The position numbers were made by a program, and so were the translations under genes. The notes beneath the pieces are model-generated. The model ran no database searches, was not told where the DNA came from, and was given only the letters and a program-made list of their open reading frames with translations. This document shows positions 12,551 to 25,963 of a stretch of 64,000 bases of DNA, piece after piece. The first letter of the stretch is position 1, and the number at the start of each line of letters is the position of its first letter. Source of the stretch: Stegostoma tigrinum (lineage: Eukaryota); assembly GCF_030684315.1 (NCBI RefSeq), contig NC_081358.1:93150458-93214457 (forward strand), given 5' to 3'.

Positions 12551-12975
12551 TGTGACATCTACGACCGCGATCTTCTTGTCTTTCTTAAATATGAGATCGG
12601 GTTTCCATAGGGAGCCGTGTTTGTCGATTAGTCTGGGCTCCACATACGATGTCCAGCCGTACTTACTGACGTGTTCCTGCAACTGGTCAGCGATCTTGTT
12701 ATGGCGTTTGATTCGAGCGTTTTTAACGAATGGGCAGTATCCTGAGATGTGTGGTAGGGTCTCATTTGCCATCTCACATCTACGGCATAGTTTGTTTCTG
12801 TTCGGCCTACCTCTAGATATTGTGGTTCTCGTCGGGTATAGATTACACCGCAAGAGCACGCTGTTAATGAATCTAGAGGATTTTTGTTGTACTCCAGCCT
12901 TAGTCCAAGAGTTAGAGATCTTGTCATCTCTAAAGTACTGGATGCCCGTTCCCTGACATTCCAGCTTTTGCCTGA
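12551..12975 (-). mobile_element. Internal fragment of an RLE-type non-LTR retrotransposon (R2/NeSL/Utopia-like): CCHC knuckle plus the start of the PD-(D/E)xK endonuclease
   Basis: In ORF 12479..13069(-): QGTG...CRRC...ETLPHISGYC...RIKRHNKI...EPRL...KPDLIF...VVDVT. Confidence 0.9.
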
Positions 12976-13189
12976 GGTTTATTGGACTCGAAGTGGGGAG
13001 ACCCAAGACCATGGAAAAATTTGAAAATAAGGACAAGAATTTCAAAGTGGCAAGCACAGGGTGATGCATGAGCTTTTTTTTTTAAAAAGAGTTAGGACAG
13101 AAGCAGCATAATTTTGGAGTAGCTGAAATTTAAGGGAGACTATCTAAGAACGCACTGTGCCAACTGAGCCTAAATGTAACAGCTACAAG

Positions 13190-13570
13190 TGATGGTGACA
13201 GTGGTGGCTCAGTTGGTACCTTCAAGTCAGGAGTTGCAGATTCAAGTCCCCAGACCCAAGTACAAAATTAGAATCCAGTGTGGTACTGAAGGAAGTACTA
13301 TATTTCAGTTGAGGCATTAAATTATGGCCCAATCTATCCTTTCTGATGGACATTATAGATACTGTGCAGTATTTCAAACAGCAGAGGAATTATTCCCAAT
13401 ATTTTAGCTAATATTCATCCCATATCACAAATTATCTTTTCAATATTATTTTGTTGCTTGTGGGGGGGGGCCTTCAGCGCATAATTTAGCTGCCGTTTTC
13501 AGACATTATCTCTCAGGAAAAATGTACTTAATCAGTTTAAAGAGCTTTGGGATTCTGTATAAGGCACAAA
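13190..13570 (+). mobile_element. DeuSINE-like element (related copies at ~22690-23080, ~57890-58570 and ~60855-61110 minus)
   Basis: tRNA-like head (gtggctcagttgg...ttcaagtccc) and a Deu-domain-like core ending ttgcttgtggg. Confidence 0.6.
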
Positions 13571-13814
13571 TCATCTTGGATGATGATTTCAGCAACGAGC
13601 TGAGACAGATCATGTGATAGTGGTGCAAGCAGGCAGTCTTGATCACAGACAGAATACAGAGTTAGATTCTCAGCTCAGGCTACAGGTGAACAATTTAATT
13701 CACTTTCTAAACAGTGACCAAGCAGAGGAATGGAATCAGTAGTGATGAAATTTGTAGCTGTGTCTCAAAGACAGATGAAAGATGAGCAAAATATTATGGA
13801 TGTTGAAGACCTGA

Positions 13815-13985
13815 CAGACAAACAGAAAGTGCTGGCTGTATATACCAGGTCTGGCAGCATCTGTGGAGAGAAAAACAGAGTTGATATTTCATGTCTGTGT
13901 TCTGATGAAAGGTCACTGACGCAAAATATCAACTTTCTCCCCCATAGATGCCACCAAACCCAAAAACAATTGTTTCAGTCTCCAT
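13815..13985. mobile_element. Short Penelope-like inverted-repeat element with a degenerate hammerhead core
   Basis: gtt-CTGATGA-aaggtcactgacg-caaaat-atc-aac near 13899-13933; arms are ggcagcatctgtggagag and ctcccccatagatgcc. Confidence 0.6.
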
Positions 13986-14715
13986 AACATAACTGGGCAA
14001 TTTTCTGTGCACTCCACATTGGAAATAAAAGGTGACAAATCAGAAGCAGTGGAGGGGTCAACAGAGATGATAACATAAATTGCTTAATTAAAATATATCT
14101 CATTATTCATTCATGAGTAAACATGTTCAAATTTTCACAAATTAAAATTGGCTCATGAAATACTGTCTTGATCTATGTACAATCCTGATAGGGGCACTTC
14201 TAGCAATTGTAAGCCACAAATACAGAACTGATTTAGAACATTGCTTGTTACAGTTCATCTAAATTCAACATTGCTCAGAATCAAACAACTGCATTGTTTC
14301 ACAAATATGAATGTCTGCTTGCATCTTAACATGATGGCTCTTAAAAGACTTCATGTAGTTTTTTAGGAGAAATTCTTAGTCCAGTTACCATTAAAATATT
14401 CTTACCAAATCTGTAGCGTATTCACCCCTTAGCCCTGGAATCAATCCTGCTCATAATAAAGGATAAAGGTGGCAGATTTCTGGCAAGCAGTGACCACAGA
14501 AATTATTTTTACAAAAGGTTAAATCCATTTCCCAGCGAGGATTGATTCAGAACATTGAACCACACGCAAAATCTACAATCACATTTAGAGAAATGTTACA
14601 ACTTTTCTTTGGATTCATTATCAGATAGTTATATCGTTGCAACTAAGCAAACCACCAGTCTGGAAATTATATATCGAATAACTATATAAACTGAGAAAAT
14701 AGTCATGACCCTAAA

Positions 14716-14725
14716 TTTATTTATT
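14716..14725 (-). terminator. Putative MTERF3 polyadenylation signal (two overlapping AATAAA)
   Basis: tttatttatt on the plus strand, ~45 nt downstream of the stop codon. Confidence 0.55.
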
Positions 14726-14766
14726 CCTTTTGTAAGTCGGCACATATTGAAACCATTTAAGAGAAT

Positions 14767-14961
14767 TTAAAGTGTCTTTTGGAATGCCTCAAAATCCAGC
14801 AGTGTGCCTTTTGCTATCTTTACACAGAATACTTCATCAGGTGTTGCAACTAAATTATCCAGTGAGATGTAGTTAGGCTGAGTTGGATCATATTGCGCTC
14901 GTCCCAAGTGTTCAAGAAACAGATGTCTGTCTTTTATTCTCAGAAACTTTGCATTAAAAAC
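14767..14961 (-). CDS. MTERF3: MTERF3 last coding exon
   Basis: ttag|[38 protein letters not shown]...FQKTL*; 195 nt. Confidence 0.96.
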   Translation of the reverse strand, partial: VFNAKFLRIKDRHLFLEHLGRAQYDPTQPNYISLDNLVATPDEVFCVKIAKGTLLDFEAFQKTL

Positions 14962-15807
14962 CTAAGGCAAGAATAAAGTTTTTTTTGATTAGGTGGGGAA
15001 AGTTAATTCTCAACATATGCAGTAATAAGGACAATAAGTAACAAGAACATTCCTCAATCACCTAAACACACATTCTTTCGTAATACCAAAGTCAAAAAGT
15101 TAATATTCAAAATTAATGACACTCAAAACTTCAGTTACTGTCACTAATGACAAAAAAGCTTTTTATCCATATTAAACTAAGTAGATAAAATATTTTGTTG
15201 AAAATTTGTAAGACTGTACACCACTGGTAGTGTTGAGATGTCCATGGTAGAGAGATATGTTCCCTTATAGTGTGGAAAGGAGAGGTTTTGGTTTTTGGCA
15301 AAGATTGGAAGGAAACTGGGGCATACAAGAGGTGAAGGAAGAAGGAAAAGAAAATAATAACTATTCCTACATCAATATCGTGCACAAGCGTAAGCAAAGA
15401 AAGAATGCTGGTCAGCCATCCAATCTCAAACTGCGGCAAAATACAGAGACCCTGATAAGGATGAATTGAAGGAATAGTAAGAATTTGTAGGAATAGTATT
15501 ATTTCATGCTCTCCCTCACTACAGTTAAAAATGCAGTAAAAATTAAAATGTAATATAGTTTTTATCATCAAATAAGATACTGCATGGGGTAATTCATTTC
15601 AAAGACAGCTTTGGTACAATTCAATTCAGCCTTGTTGTGATAATTCCATTTTAATTTTAAAATAATCTCTCATTGTCTAAAGAGGAATCAGTATTAATAA
15701 ATCAATAAAGAACCACCCCAATCAAGGTCTTGAATTCACTGGAATACTGCTAAGATTAGGACATAGTGCATTTAACATAAGAAGGTGAAGAGAATGTCCA
15801 TATTTAC

Positions 15808-15969
15808 CTGAGGAAATTTTGTAATCAGGTGATGGGGGATTCCCATGGTGTTGTGCAAGTAGTCAAACGTCCTGGTCACTTTTTTCTTACTAGCCAGGAG
15901 GAGTTTGGGGACGCTGATTACCATGTGCTGGATTTCATTATCACGAAATCCCAATTCAATCCGACAAAC
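15808..15969 (-). CDS. MTERF3: MTERF3 coding exon 6
   Basis: [17 protein letters not shown]...HLITKFPQ; AG/GT boundaries; 162 nt. Confidence 0.96.
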
Positions 15970-17759
15970 CTGGAAAACAACAAAATTGCCAGAAGGTGAG
16001 ATTTGCAATGATAAAATTGGCACAACCGGATGGAAAACTAACTACTGCAGCCATTAAATAATAGTTAAAATCAAATTGGTTCAATTTTGGCCCAAAAACA
16101 AAATACCATGGAAGCAAGAAATATGAAATAAAACAGAAAATGCAGGAAACACTCAGTCGTTTTGTGACACCTGTTGACTATTTCCAGCATTTTCTATTTA
16201 TACTCCATTTTAGTATTTACTGTCATGTGACTGGATGTAATGGCTTTCCTTTTAAATAAGAAAGGATTGTATACCTAATAATTTTGAAATACGAACTATA
16301 AAATGCATCATTTGGAATCCTAAACTTTTAAAAATGGAAATTGCTATTGTGAACTTAATGTTGAAATCTCAGGATATAGCGAGCTGTTTTCATTGCCAAA
16401 CCCAGCTTGTAAAACAGTGACAATATGGTGGTAGGGTTTCTCCCTCAGTGTCAGCACATTTTGCGATGATGGTACTGCAAAAATTTTGGGAGTTTCAGTC
16501 ACTGATGGAGGAAAGACAATACCCAAATCAGGATGGTGTGACTTTGAGGGAACTCGTAGCTAGTGCAAATGCTCTTATCCTTCTCAGTGATAAAGATTGC
16601 AAGCTTGTTGAAGTGCTACAATGTATCCTGCATATCCTGCTACTAAAGTGCTATTCACGAAAGGGTGAATCAGGAATACAATAGCAGGTATTAATGAAAT
16701 TGAAAGAATTAAACTAATTAATGTCGAGCTGTTTGAAAAGAAGTGATTATCTTGAAATTTGAAAGTTGTGGAAAGGAAGTGAGGGATCTTTTGCCACAGA
16801 CTAAGCATAATTTGTTGTTTGGAAGATGTTGGGCCATTGGCAACAGTACTACTGAAGATCACTGGAAAGTGGTCATGTGTTTTCTTATTTGAGTTGGTCA
16901 TTGCTTGGTACTTACATGGCATAAATGCTAATTGCCACTTCTTCGACTAAGTCCAGATGTGGTTAGAATTTTGATTCATCACAACAGTGGTAAAATATGG
17001 ACGATTAATTTTCAACTTCCATTACCTTATTTTAACATTGGAGGTTTTTCACGGACTTAGATGGTTTTAAAAAGGACAAACACTGATCTAAAACGGCTAA
17101 AAATTAAGACAAGTTCAGGAAACCAACATAGAATAAACAAAAATTGGCTGAACTGAAATTAGCATTTTACCTAAAGACAGTGAAATCAGTCCCACTGTGC
17201 CAGGCATCAAGAAATTCAAATCTCATGTTTTAATATATTTGTATAAAAATTGCATATGTTGGTTAGGAAAAGGTTGGTTGTAACTATTCCAGCTTGGAAA
17301 GACAATTGAGATGTCACTTGATGACATTTTCCATCACAAGTTGGCTGATGGTGAAGGGAACATAGGTTGTGGATGGGAGAATGTTCAGGTAGAAGAAACT
17401 AGAGGGAGCTAGTGTCTAAACACCTACCAAATATCACCAATACCAACTGGATTACTGGGAGTCTACTCTTGGAGTGCCTTAATCCTGCATGTGAGAGCAT
17501 TCTCCATTAATCACTCCATTTACAATTAAGATTCTGAGAAGTAAATCCACAGACACGGAATGGAACAAATTTAGAATCCACGGATAACACTAAAACCCTC
17601 ACCCCTTTACTCATTGAGCTCTAGGAAGAGGAAGTGGGAGTTGGAGTTACAAGACACACATGGCAAGAAGCAAATGAAGAACTTGGCAGTTGAGTCACAA
17701 AGCCGGAAACGATGTAAATGGGCAGGGAAGGAGAAAACACAGAGTGCAGTGTCAGAGAG

Positions 17760-18480
17760 TGTTACATATAGCTAGTCCAGTTCAGTTTCTGATCAATAGT
17801 GATACCTAGAATGTTGATCCAGGTGATAGTAATGCCACTGAATGTCAAGACACATTGGTTGGAGAAAGCCACTGCCTGGTATTTGTGTGGCACTTGTCAA
17901 TCCAGGCATAGATATTGTCCCCTGACATGACAGACCTCCAACAACAACTGTCTTCCTTTGCACCAGATATGACTTGAACCAGTAAGTTTTCTTCCTGATT
18001 CACAGTGATGCCAAATTTTTCCCGGGCCCCTTGACACCACACTGTCAAATGCAACACTGATGTTAAGGGCAGTCACTCTCATCTCCTGTCTGGAGTTTAA
18101 CTCCTTAGTCTATGTTTGAATGAAGTCAGGAGCTGCATGGCTGTGGTGGAACCCAAACTGGATGTCAGTAACCAGGTTATTGCTTTGAAGCAACATTTGC
18201 TTAGCAATAGCACCTTCCATCACTTTACTGATCAAGAATAGACTGATGAGGTAGCAACTAGGTGTGTTGGACTGGTCCTGCTTTGTGTGTACAGGACATA
18301 CCGAAGCAATTGTCCACATTGCCAGATAAATGCCAGTGTTGTAGCTGGACTGGAACTGTTTAACCCAGGGAGCAGCTAGTTCTAGAGCATAATGATTCAG
18401 TACTTTTGCCAGAACATTATCAGGGCCCTAAGTCTTTGCCGTATACCCTGCCTTCAGCCATTTCTTAATATCACGTGGAT
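17760..18480 (-). mobile_element. Degenerate LINE RT fragment
   Basis: ORFs contain ISKVMEGAI, QFGFHHSHAAPD and RVTALNISVAFDSV. Confidence 0.75.
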
Positions 18481-18502
18481 CTGGCCTAATCCAATTGGGT
18501 GC

Positions 18503-18887
18503 TGTGACGCCTGCCCTGTGACCCCATTGGCTGATGCCAGAGAACATTCCAGAAGTGCTCAGAAAGGAGACATGAGAAGGGACATCTAGCATCCATTCAC
18601 TGAGAGAAGACCTGGCCAGCAAAGGCTCCATGTAAGACCCGCCTCTGCTTCAAGACGATGATCCTGAGTCACCTGTTGAAGGAGTTCGGTGAATTCAATC
18701 AGGCAGCCCAATCAAATGCACCAGAGCAGCTAGTATATATATTTTTCAGACAGGCAGCTAGTTTGGGGAAACGTTAACTTAATTTGTTGTGTAAGGGTTG
18801 TTTTTTAACTTGAGTATTTTACTTAAAAAAATGTTTCAACCACAATCCTTTGATTCTGTCATATATAGCAGTACCTAGGTTATCACA
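18503..18887 (+). mobile_element. Putative LTR (TGTGA...TCACA) followed by ~1.3 kb of unclassified internal-like sequence
   Basis: Inverted TGTGA/TCACA termini and an abrupt change in composition. No recognisable gag/pol motif was confirmed. Confidence 0.35.
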
Positions 18888-20727
18888 TTTTGTGAGTAAT
18901 AGACTTCTCTAAGTACCTATATAGAATATTTCACAGGCAACATCGGGTGTACCTGAATGGGCCTCAATAGGAACTGATCCTAAGTTGCTCCAAAGTCAAA
19001 CCCAACAGCCTCCACGTGATGGCTAGGATTCACTCACGTGAATCCGGGTAGAATAATTGGGCCACAAACCAGGTGTTTTGAAAAGTCAGACAAACAAATT
19101 GCAGAATTTGTAGCTAGGTTAGTTAAAACTGTGGGTGAAGTCTAGAGTCAGCCATGAGAAAGGCTAAGTGCTAGAGTTTCAGATGGGTGTGACATGCTTT
19201 TCCGATACACCTTAGACTTAAGAGGGATAGAATAGGAATTTAGTTAAAGCTGGACCCCAATCCCAATGGACTCCCATATTCCTGCGACTAGAGACAGAGG
19301 GGGAGAATAAAGGGGCAAGGAAGCCAAATAAAGGGTCAAGCGACCCACGAGGTAGTTATTCAAGTCAGAATACAGAGAAGCTAGAGTAGGATCAGGGACC
19401 CAGAGAGTGATAAAGCAGCTAATATAGGGTCAGGGATGCATGGGAGAGCAAGAGAGAGAGAGAGAAATAGATTAAAAGGAAACGCTCATATAATTCCCAG
19501 AGTGGGAGATGGTGCTAAGGAAGGACCTAAATAAGAAGTGGCCCAGGTAGGTTGCTCATTGCAGTGAGCAAATATCGGGTCTGGGACAAGCGGGACAGAA
19601 ATGCTGGGAGAGAACAATCATGTTAAGTAGGCTCACTGGGTGACGCATTAATGACACAAGCTCCTCAGATAAAATATTTTGCCATTCAAGATAAAAACCA
19701 CTTTAAATTGTCCAGAGAAACTCTCAACCTGGACAACGGCATAACCTGGGTAGCCTTAGAGTGGGTGGACAGGGGGAGTATTGTATTACAGTCTGACTCA
19801 AAGAGTATCAACATAGGACTTTACAGCATTATGTCACCAGTATCACCTTCTATATTGGGCCACACATACCCACCAGGATAGTCCTAACATGACTCGCAGG
19901 CATACACAGACACAGAAGAGAGGTCGGAGATGAATTGCAAGTGAGGAATTCTGGCAGACTGGAGGGGAATATTTTGAGAAGTACATTACAGGCATCAAAT
20001 CCCCTGCCCGAGAAGCTACAAATTCAGGTTCGATAGCCACCAACCACATGGCCTTCACCAAAATAGTGCAGCAAACCAAAGGATATGTAAGAAATTAGTT
20101 ACTACTTGGGGAGAGGATTTCTGGGACTAGGGCTTGAACATCCAGATACATCCATGAATCGACCTCCTGTCACGCCTGGCTGTGTCGCTCATCCAATTCA
20201 AGCTAATATATCTCATCATCCACACAGTAAAATTCATCTGGTGGAAAAAAGAACTACACAGAATCAAAGTATGGAGACAATGCTCAACTAATGACCTCAA
20301 CAGATATATTTTACGGTCTTTTGTACATATCTATAAATACTCTTCTTAAATCTGAATTCACAAAAAGGTAGTACAAATTTGTCTGTATTTTTGATTTTAC
20401 AATGTTTGAGATTTATATTACATTTGAGGAAATGCTTAAGATTAGGACATGCTTTGCCTTGACTTTTGTAATGTTCAAGTTCTCTGTGTACAAGTTTAAC
20501 GTTACTCTTTTTAGAGTAGCAATTTAGCGTGTTTGTATACCAAAAGTGTCAGGGATTTTGGGCTGACTGTCTGAGACTGAGACTTGCTTGCCAGCAAAAG
20601 AGAATTTAACTTGGGTTATGTGATCCTATTCGCTGATACTGACAGGAGCAAGAGGATCAATATCTCACAGACGACACAGGGACCTGTAAAAAAATCTTTC
20701 CTCAAAAAACACTGCAATTCCACCTAC

Positions 20728-20799
20728 TTTGAGATTTTCTTTGATGGGTTCCAAGCTGCCAGTCAACAATTTGGGAAGACGGGTGACCAGATCACGAGT
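20728..20799 (-). CDS. MTERF3: MTERF3 coding exon 5
   Basis: ctag|[24 protein letters not shown]|gtagg; 72 nt. Confidence 0.95.
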
Positions 20800-21014
20800 C
20801 TAGCACAAAATGAAAGAAACTCAAATTAAAATTTAAGATAAAAAGAGTAGATAATTTAAAAACAGGATTTATAGTCTCTGGAAAAATGTTAACATTCAGA
20901 TAAACATCCATTATCAGAGTCAAATCTGGTGAGAGATAAAGGTTGAGTAGAGACACATCATTACTTTTTCTTGGTAGAACAGTTTCTTTCATTTAGAAAG
21001 AATGGAGAATGAGA

Positions 21015-21312
21015 TCATAGAATCCATACAGTGCGGAAACATGCCATTCAGCCTATCGACACCATACTGACCCTCCAAAGAGCATGGCACCCAGACCCAC
21101 ACACCCCCAGCCTATTGCTGTAACCTTATATTCACTCTGGCCAATCCAGTTAATGTCTGGACTGTGGGAGAAAACTGGAGCAGCCAGAGGAAGTCCATGC
21201 AGACACGAGGAGAATGTGCAAACTCCACACAGACAGTCATCTGAGACTGGAAATTAACCCAGATCCCTGGCACCGTAAGGCAGCAGTGCTAACCTTGGGG
21301 CACCATGCCGCA
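21015..21312 (-). mobile_element. HE1-like V-SINE
   Basis: The minus strand begins ggcatggtgcc...gttagcactgctgcc; the body matches the other copies. Confidence 0.8.
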
Positions 21313-23388
21313 CCTTGAAATCTTGCCCTAGATTATCATTGATTGTGTCCAATCAGTTGACTATGAATTAAATTGAATCTAACACTTGCTGAATGTTTTC
21401 GGCATCTTTTGTTTTTGTCCTTTGATTCATTCTCTGTCCCTCTACTTGTGTCATTGTCCATCTCTCTCACCTTCCCTTTCCCTGTTCCCATCGACCATCC
21501 TTTCTACATTTCTTTAGTTGCTTAAAACTGTATCTGTAACCTTATCTGGTTTTGAAGAAAGATTATCAACCAGAAATGTTACCTCTTTCTTTTTTCCCCA
21601 TGGAAGCTGATCTGTGGAGAATTGCCAATATTTTCTTTTTTTATTTCTTTTGAGTTGAGCCTTGGCTTCTCAATATCCTTAACTGTGTCATCATTAGTTG
21701 CTGAGCCTTAAATTTTTTTATTTTTATCTATAAACCTCTCTGGTTGTGCTCTTCCTTTCAGAATATTCTATTTCTTTTATCAAACTTTTGATTTCAGTTG
21801 TATTTTCTCCAAATGGCAGAACAATAAATTTGTTTGGAAACACTGCTTAAAAGTCCCAATGGGATATTTTCCTGTTTTAAAATGCACTATATAGTTGTTC
21901 CCTAAAAGAATACTGCAGGCCATCGTCTATGCTCACTAGTATAGCAGAGGCAAATAGCATTACTGATGAAAAATAGTGCTAATCTATTTTCAACTGAAAA
22001 GGCATTTCAACATCTGAAAGATTTACCTAAGAAGGAACTTGTAAAAAAATTCAAATCTACTTTCTTTTTGCCACGAACAGCAGAAAATAATCACTCTGTT
22101 AGCTGTACATTTACGATAAATCAATAGTTAAGTTCTGTTACAGGACCATAAAGATCCACTTGCAGTTCCAACTTGATGGGCCATAACATCCGGGTGTAAT
22201 TCCTTTATAAGAATTTTCCACATGATAAAACTTTCTCTCAGCCGTGCTGTTGAGATGCCCTGAATTGCAAGGTGGGGGACAGTGGGTGGTAAGAGTATTC
22301 ACCTCTCAGATTGTTCTCACACATCAAGAAGGTGTTGGACAACTGCCTGGTGACATTTTCAGCTAGATTCATTTCACTAGATGGTGCTATGTGTGCGTGC
22401 AAAAGGGAGAGCATTAGCATTTTTTTCACCAATGCTGGTAATTTCAGGTTAATAGCTGTTTAGCAAAACCTGAGACATTTATGTGGATTAATAAATATTT
22501 CACCAAAGACTCAACAGAATTTCAGCAGGAATCCGTAACAAGGCAGATCATGGAAAAGGGAATTCTGCCTGTCTCCAGTGCAAAAACAGCATAATTTTTC
22601 CCTTTTACCTTGTCAACTATTCATAACATTGTATACTGCTGTCTCAACAAAAATATACACTTGTCTTACATAACTCTTACTTCTTAAAAAGCTCAGTTTG
22701 TGGCATTCTCATGATGGAGTCAGAATGTTGTAGCTCAAGGTCTATTCCAGAAAGGAAACACACCATATAAACTGGCAGACCAATGCAACACTAAGAAAGC
22801 TTTGTATTATTGAAAGTGTCACTCTTTGGTGATGCTTCAAACTGAGGGTAGTCTTATTGTCTCAGTGATTTAGGTTGATATTAAAGATTCCAGGTGGAAC
22901 TTGTGCACAACAGGGAATTTTTTTTAGTATACTGGTCAATCTTTCCAGACCACTAAAACTAAATTAATTGATCATCCATCACATTATTGTTTATGGCATC
23001 TTGGCTGTGCAACCACTATAATGTACTTCAAAGCAATTCATTTCAAGTGAAGTACTTTGAAGCATGGTAAGGTGCCAAGTAAAAACAAGGTTTTTCTTCT
23101 TCTTTTAAATGCCAAAGTAATAAAGCATCACTTTAAAATCCACACTCCCCATCAATAGGCCATCCAATTAACAGTCTCATGCTATACTTAACATTGATGA
23201 TTGATGGCAATGATCAAAGACAAGATAAGTGGCATTAAGGTTGGTTATTCTGTGTCCATGACGGGATTACAGGAGCAGCAATTACAGAAGGTCTCCTCAC
23301 CCCACAGCATCAAGTCTCAACATGTACCACTTCACTTCCCTCATAACAGCTCCACATACACAGTATTAAATTCATCACACAGCGTTAC

Positions 23389-23536
23389 CTTTTGCACATT
23401 TAACCTCAGTTCTCTCTGGTAGAATGCCAGCCTATTGTCCAGTCTTTCCACACTGAAGTTTAACAAATAAGGGGCTCCTGACACCATACTTGAAATGGCT
23501 TCTTTGCTGAATTTCTTTGATTGCAGGTACTGTATT
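23389..23536 (-). CDS. MTERF3: MTERF3 coding exon 4
   Basis: [49 protein letters not shown]; 148 nt; AG/GT. Confidence 0.96.
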
Positions 23537-23689
23537 CTAATAGGAAATGAAAAACCACGGGCGTTGAATTGAGAAAAAGAGAAACAGACATTTAAAACCA
23601 AACATATCACCAAATATCTTGCATCCCTATTTGGATTTTACAAAGTGTTTCAGGACATGGGGGAACATATTATTTATCTAATTATTTAG

Positions 23690-24690
23690 TATGCTGACTG
23701 ATAACCAAGGTCAGAAAACATGGAGTCAAGAGGCAGACGGCAGAGTTGATTACTTCTGGCTTCAAGACTAAATACAGAGAGTGACAGTAACTGGCAGTTA
23801 TTCTGATTTGCAGACATGGGAAGTGATGTTCCATAAGGATCAGTGTTGGGTCTGCTGCTATTCAAAATTTACATGAACAACTTGGTCCTCAGAATCAAAA
23901 ACATAATTTCATAATTTCAAAGCAACAAGTCGGGGGAAGGTCCTTTCATAAACACCACTGAAGACGATGGGACAAATTAAGGAGGACAGTAATAAGCTAG
24001 TAGAATGGACAAATAATTAACAAAAGAAGTTCAATGCAGGTGATTAATAAATGTGAGATAGTTATTTTGCCTAAAGCATAGGGAGGTCAATCATTACTTT
24101 GAATGGCCATGTCTTAGTGGGAAGGTGGAACAAAGGAGTATTTCAGAAAACAAATATACCTCAACACTAAAAGCTGCACCAGACATCAGCAAGATCACAA
24201 AAATACAAAACAAGCACATGGTTTTATTTCTTGATGGATAGAATACGCAAAGAAGGGACTGATGCTAGATCTAAATCCATGCTTATATACATATATGAAA
24301 GATTTACAGGCTAGCGCTCTTTTCCGTATGAAGAGGGTCATGGGGTGACATTAGAAAGCTTTTTAAAATTTAAAGGTTTTGCTGGAGTGGTTACAGACAG
24401 CATGTTTCCACTTGTGAGAAAGAATAAAACTTTACTCACCATGATAATCACCAAGAATTCTAATAGGAAACTCAGTAGGAAGTTCTTTATCCAGAGTGGT
24501 GAGAATGTAGAAACTGCCACCAACTGGATAGTGCAAATACATTTAAAGGAAAGCTACAGAAGTAGATGATGGGAAAGGATTATGATGACAGATTTAGATG
24601 AAAATAGGTGGGAAGGAGCTAGAGTAAAACATAGGCTCTGCCATTAATTGGGTTAATTGATTTGCTTCTGTCTGTGCGCTGCACCATATG
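23690..24690 (+). mobile_element. Old CR1 LINE fragment
   Basis: Contains the ggatcagtgttggg (GSVLG) motif and a CR1 3' remnant (RKFFIQ). Confidence 0.7.
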
Positions 24691-25773
24691 TAATCCTACC
24701 AAAACACTGTCCTGACATAGTTCATAGTTAATAAGTTGGTTTTTTAATACATTTTATCTCAACAATTTTTGTAGCTTTAACAAAATGATCTTTTAATTAT
24801 TTATCTGGGCTTCTTTAATAGCCTGTAAATAAAGAAGAATTATTATACCAATTTAACAGTAATACAATTCCTGCTACTCCCACTGTTAAGTTGCATTTGT
24901 ATTAGTCCTTTAACCTGGCACAATTGTCACAAAACATTTTAAACACTTATTTATAAGGAATAACAATCAAGCCCAGGAAAAATTACAATAAGAGAGCTTT
25001 GCTCAAACTCATTTGATTCAAGGCATTTTTAAGAAGTAAAAATGGAGATGGAATGTTTAAGCCTGAACTCCTGAGTGGTTAAAGACACAGCAATGATTAG
25101 GTTAGGACGGGGAGACCCCAGTACACTAGATCCAGAGGAACAGAGAGTCTCTAAGCTTGTTGATATTGCTGGAGAAATTGACAGGCATTGGAGAGGTAAA
25201 AGAGGAATAAATCATAATTTTAAATGAGAGTCAGAGGGACTGGGATCCAAGATGTTTATGAGAAGAAGAGGTGACAGTAGATCAGAACTTGGTATAGGAA
25301 CGGGTACAACATTCTGGCTAAGCTAAAGTTTAGAGGGTGAAGAATAGAGGTTCTTCAGAATAGACTAGTTTGGAAATAACAAAGACATGTACGAAGTTCT
25401 CAGCACCAGATACATTCATAGTACTAGACTTAGTAGGCTGAATCGTCTCCTCCCATGCTGGCATGACTATGACTCTATGTCTATCTACATTAATCTTTAA
25501 GCTGTAGACCAAGTCTTGTAGTCTCCCACTATTTTGTTTTACAAGCATTTAGACACTACAAGTAAATACCTCAGCTTTTGTTCCCTATCTTTAGATAGCA
25601 TTTCCCCATTGACATTTATTGGCCCAATACCTCTTTTCATCTATCATTTATTCCTGCCATACTTGAATTTGTTCCATTTTATGCTTCCATCCAGATTTTC
25701 CTTCTGATTTCTCTATGCCACCAATTTTCTGGTATTTCTTAAGCTAGGTAGATTCCAAGATCGCTCACATTAC

Positions 25774-25963
25774 CTCATTTGTAGATTCTCCATATCCTCA
25801 GTCAAAATGAAGGGGTTTCTTGTGAGGAATGCTCCAAGCAGATGATCATCTACTCCTACGTCTTTTAGGAACAGAAGTCTCTCTTTTACATCTCTGTTAA
25901 AATCTAGTCGTAGCAGCATATTGGCCACATTTGGTCGCCTTTCTAGTTTAGACAGATCTACAC
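25774..25963 (-). CDS. MTERF3: MTERF3 coding exon 3
   Basis: [63 protein letters not shown]; 190 nt. Confidence 0.96.
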
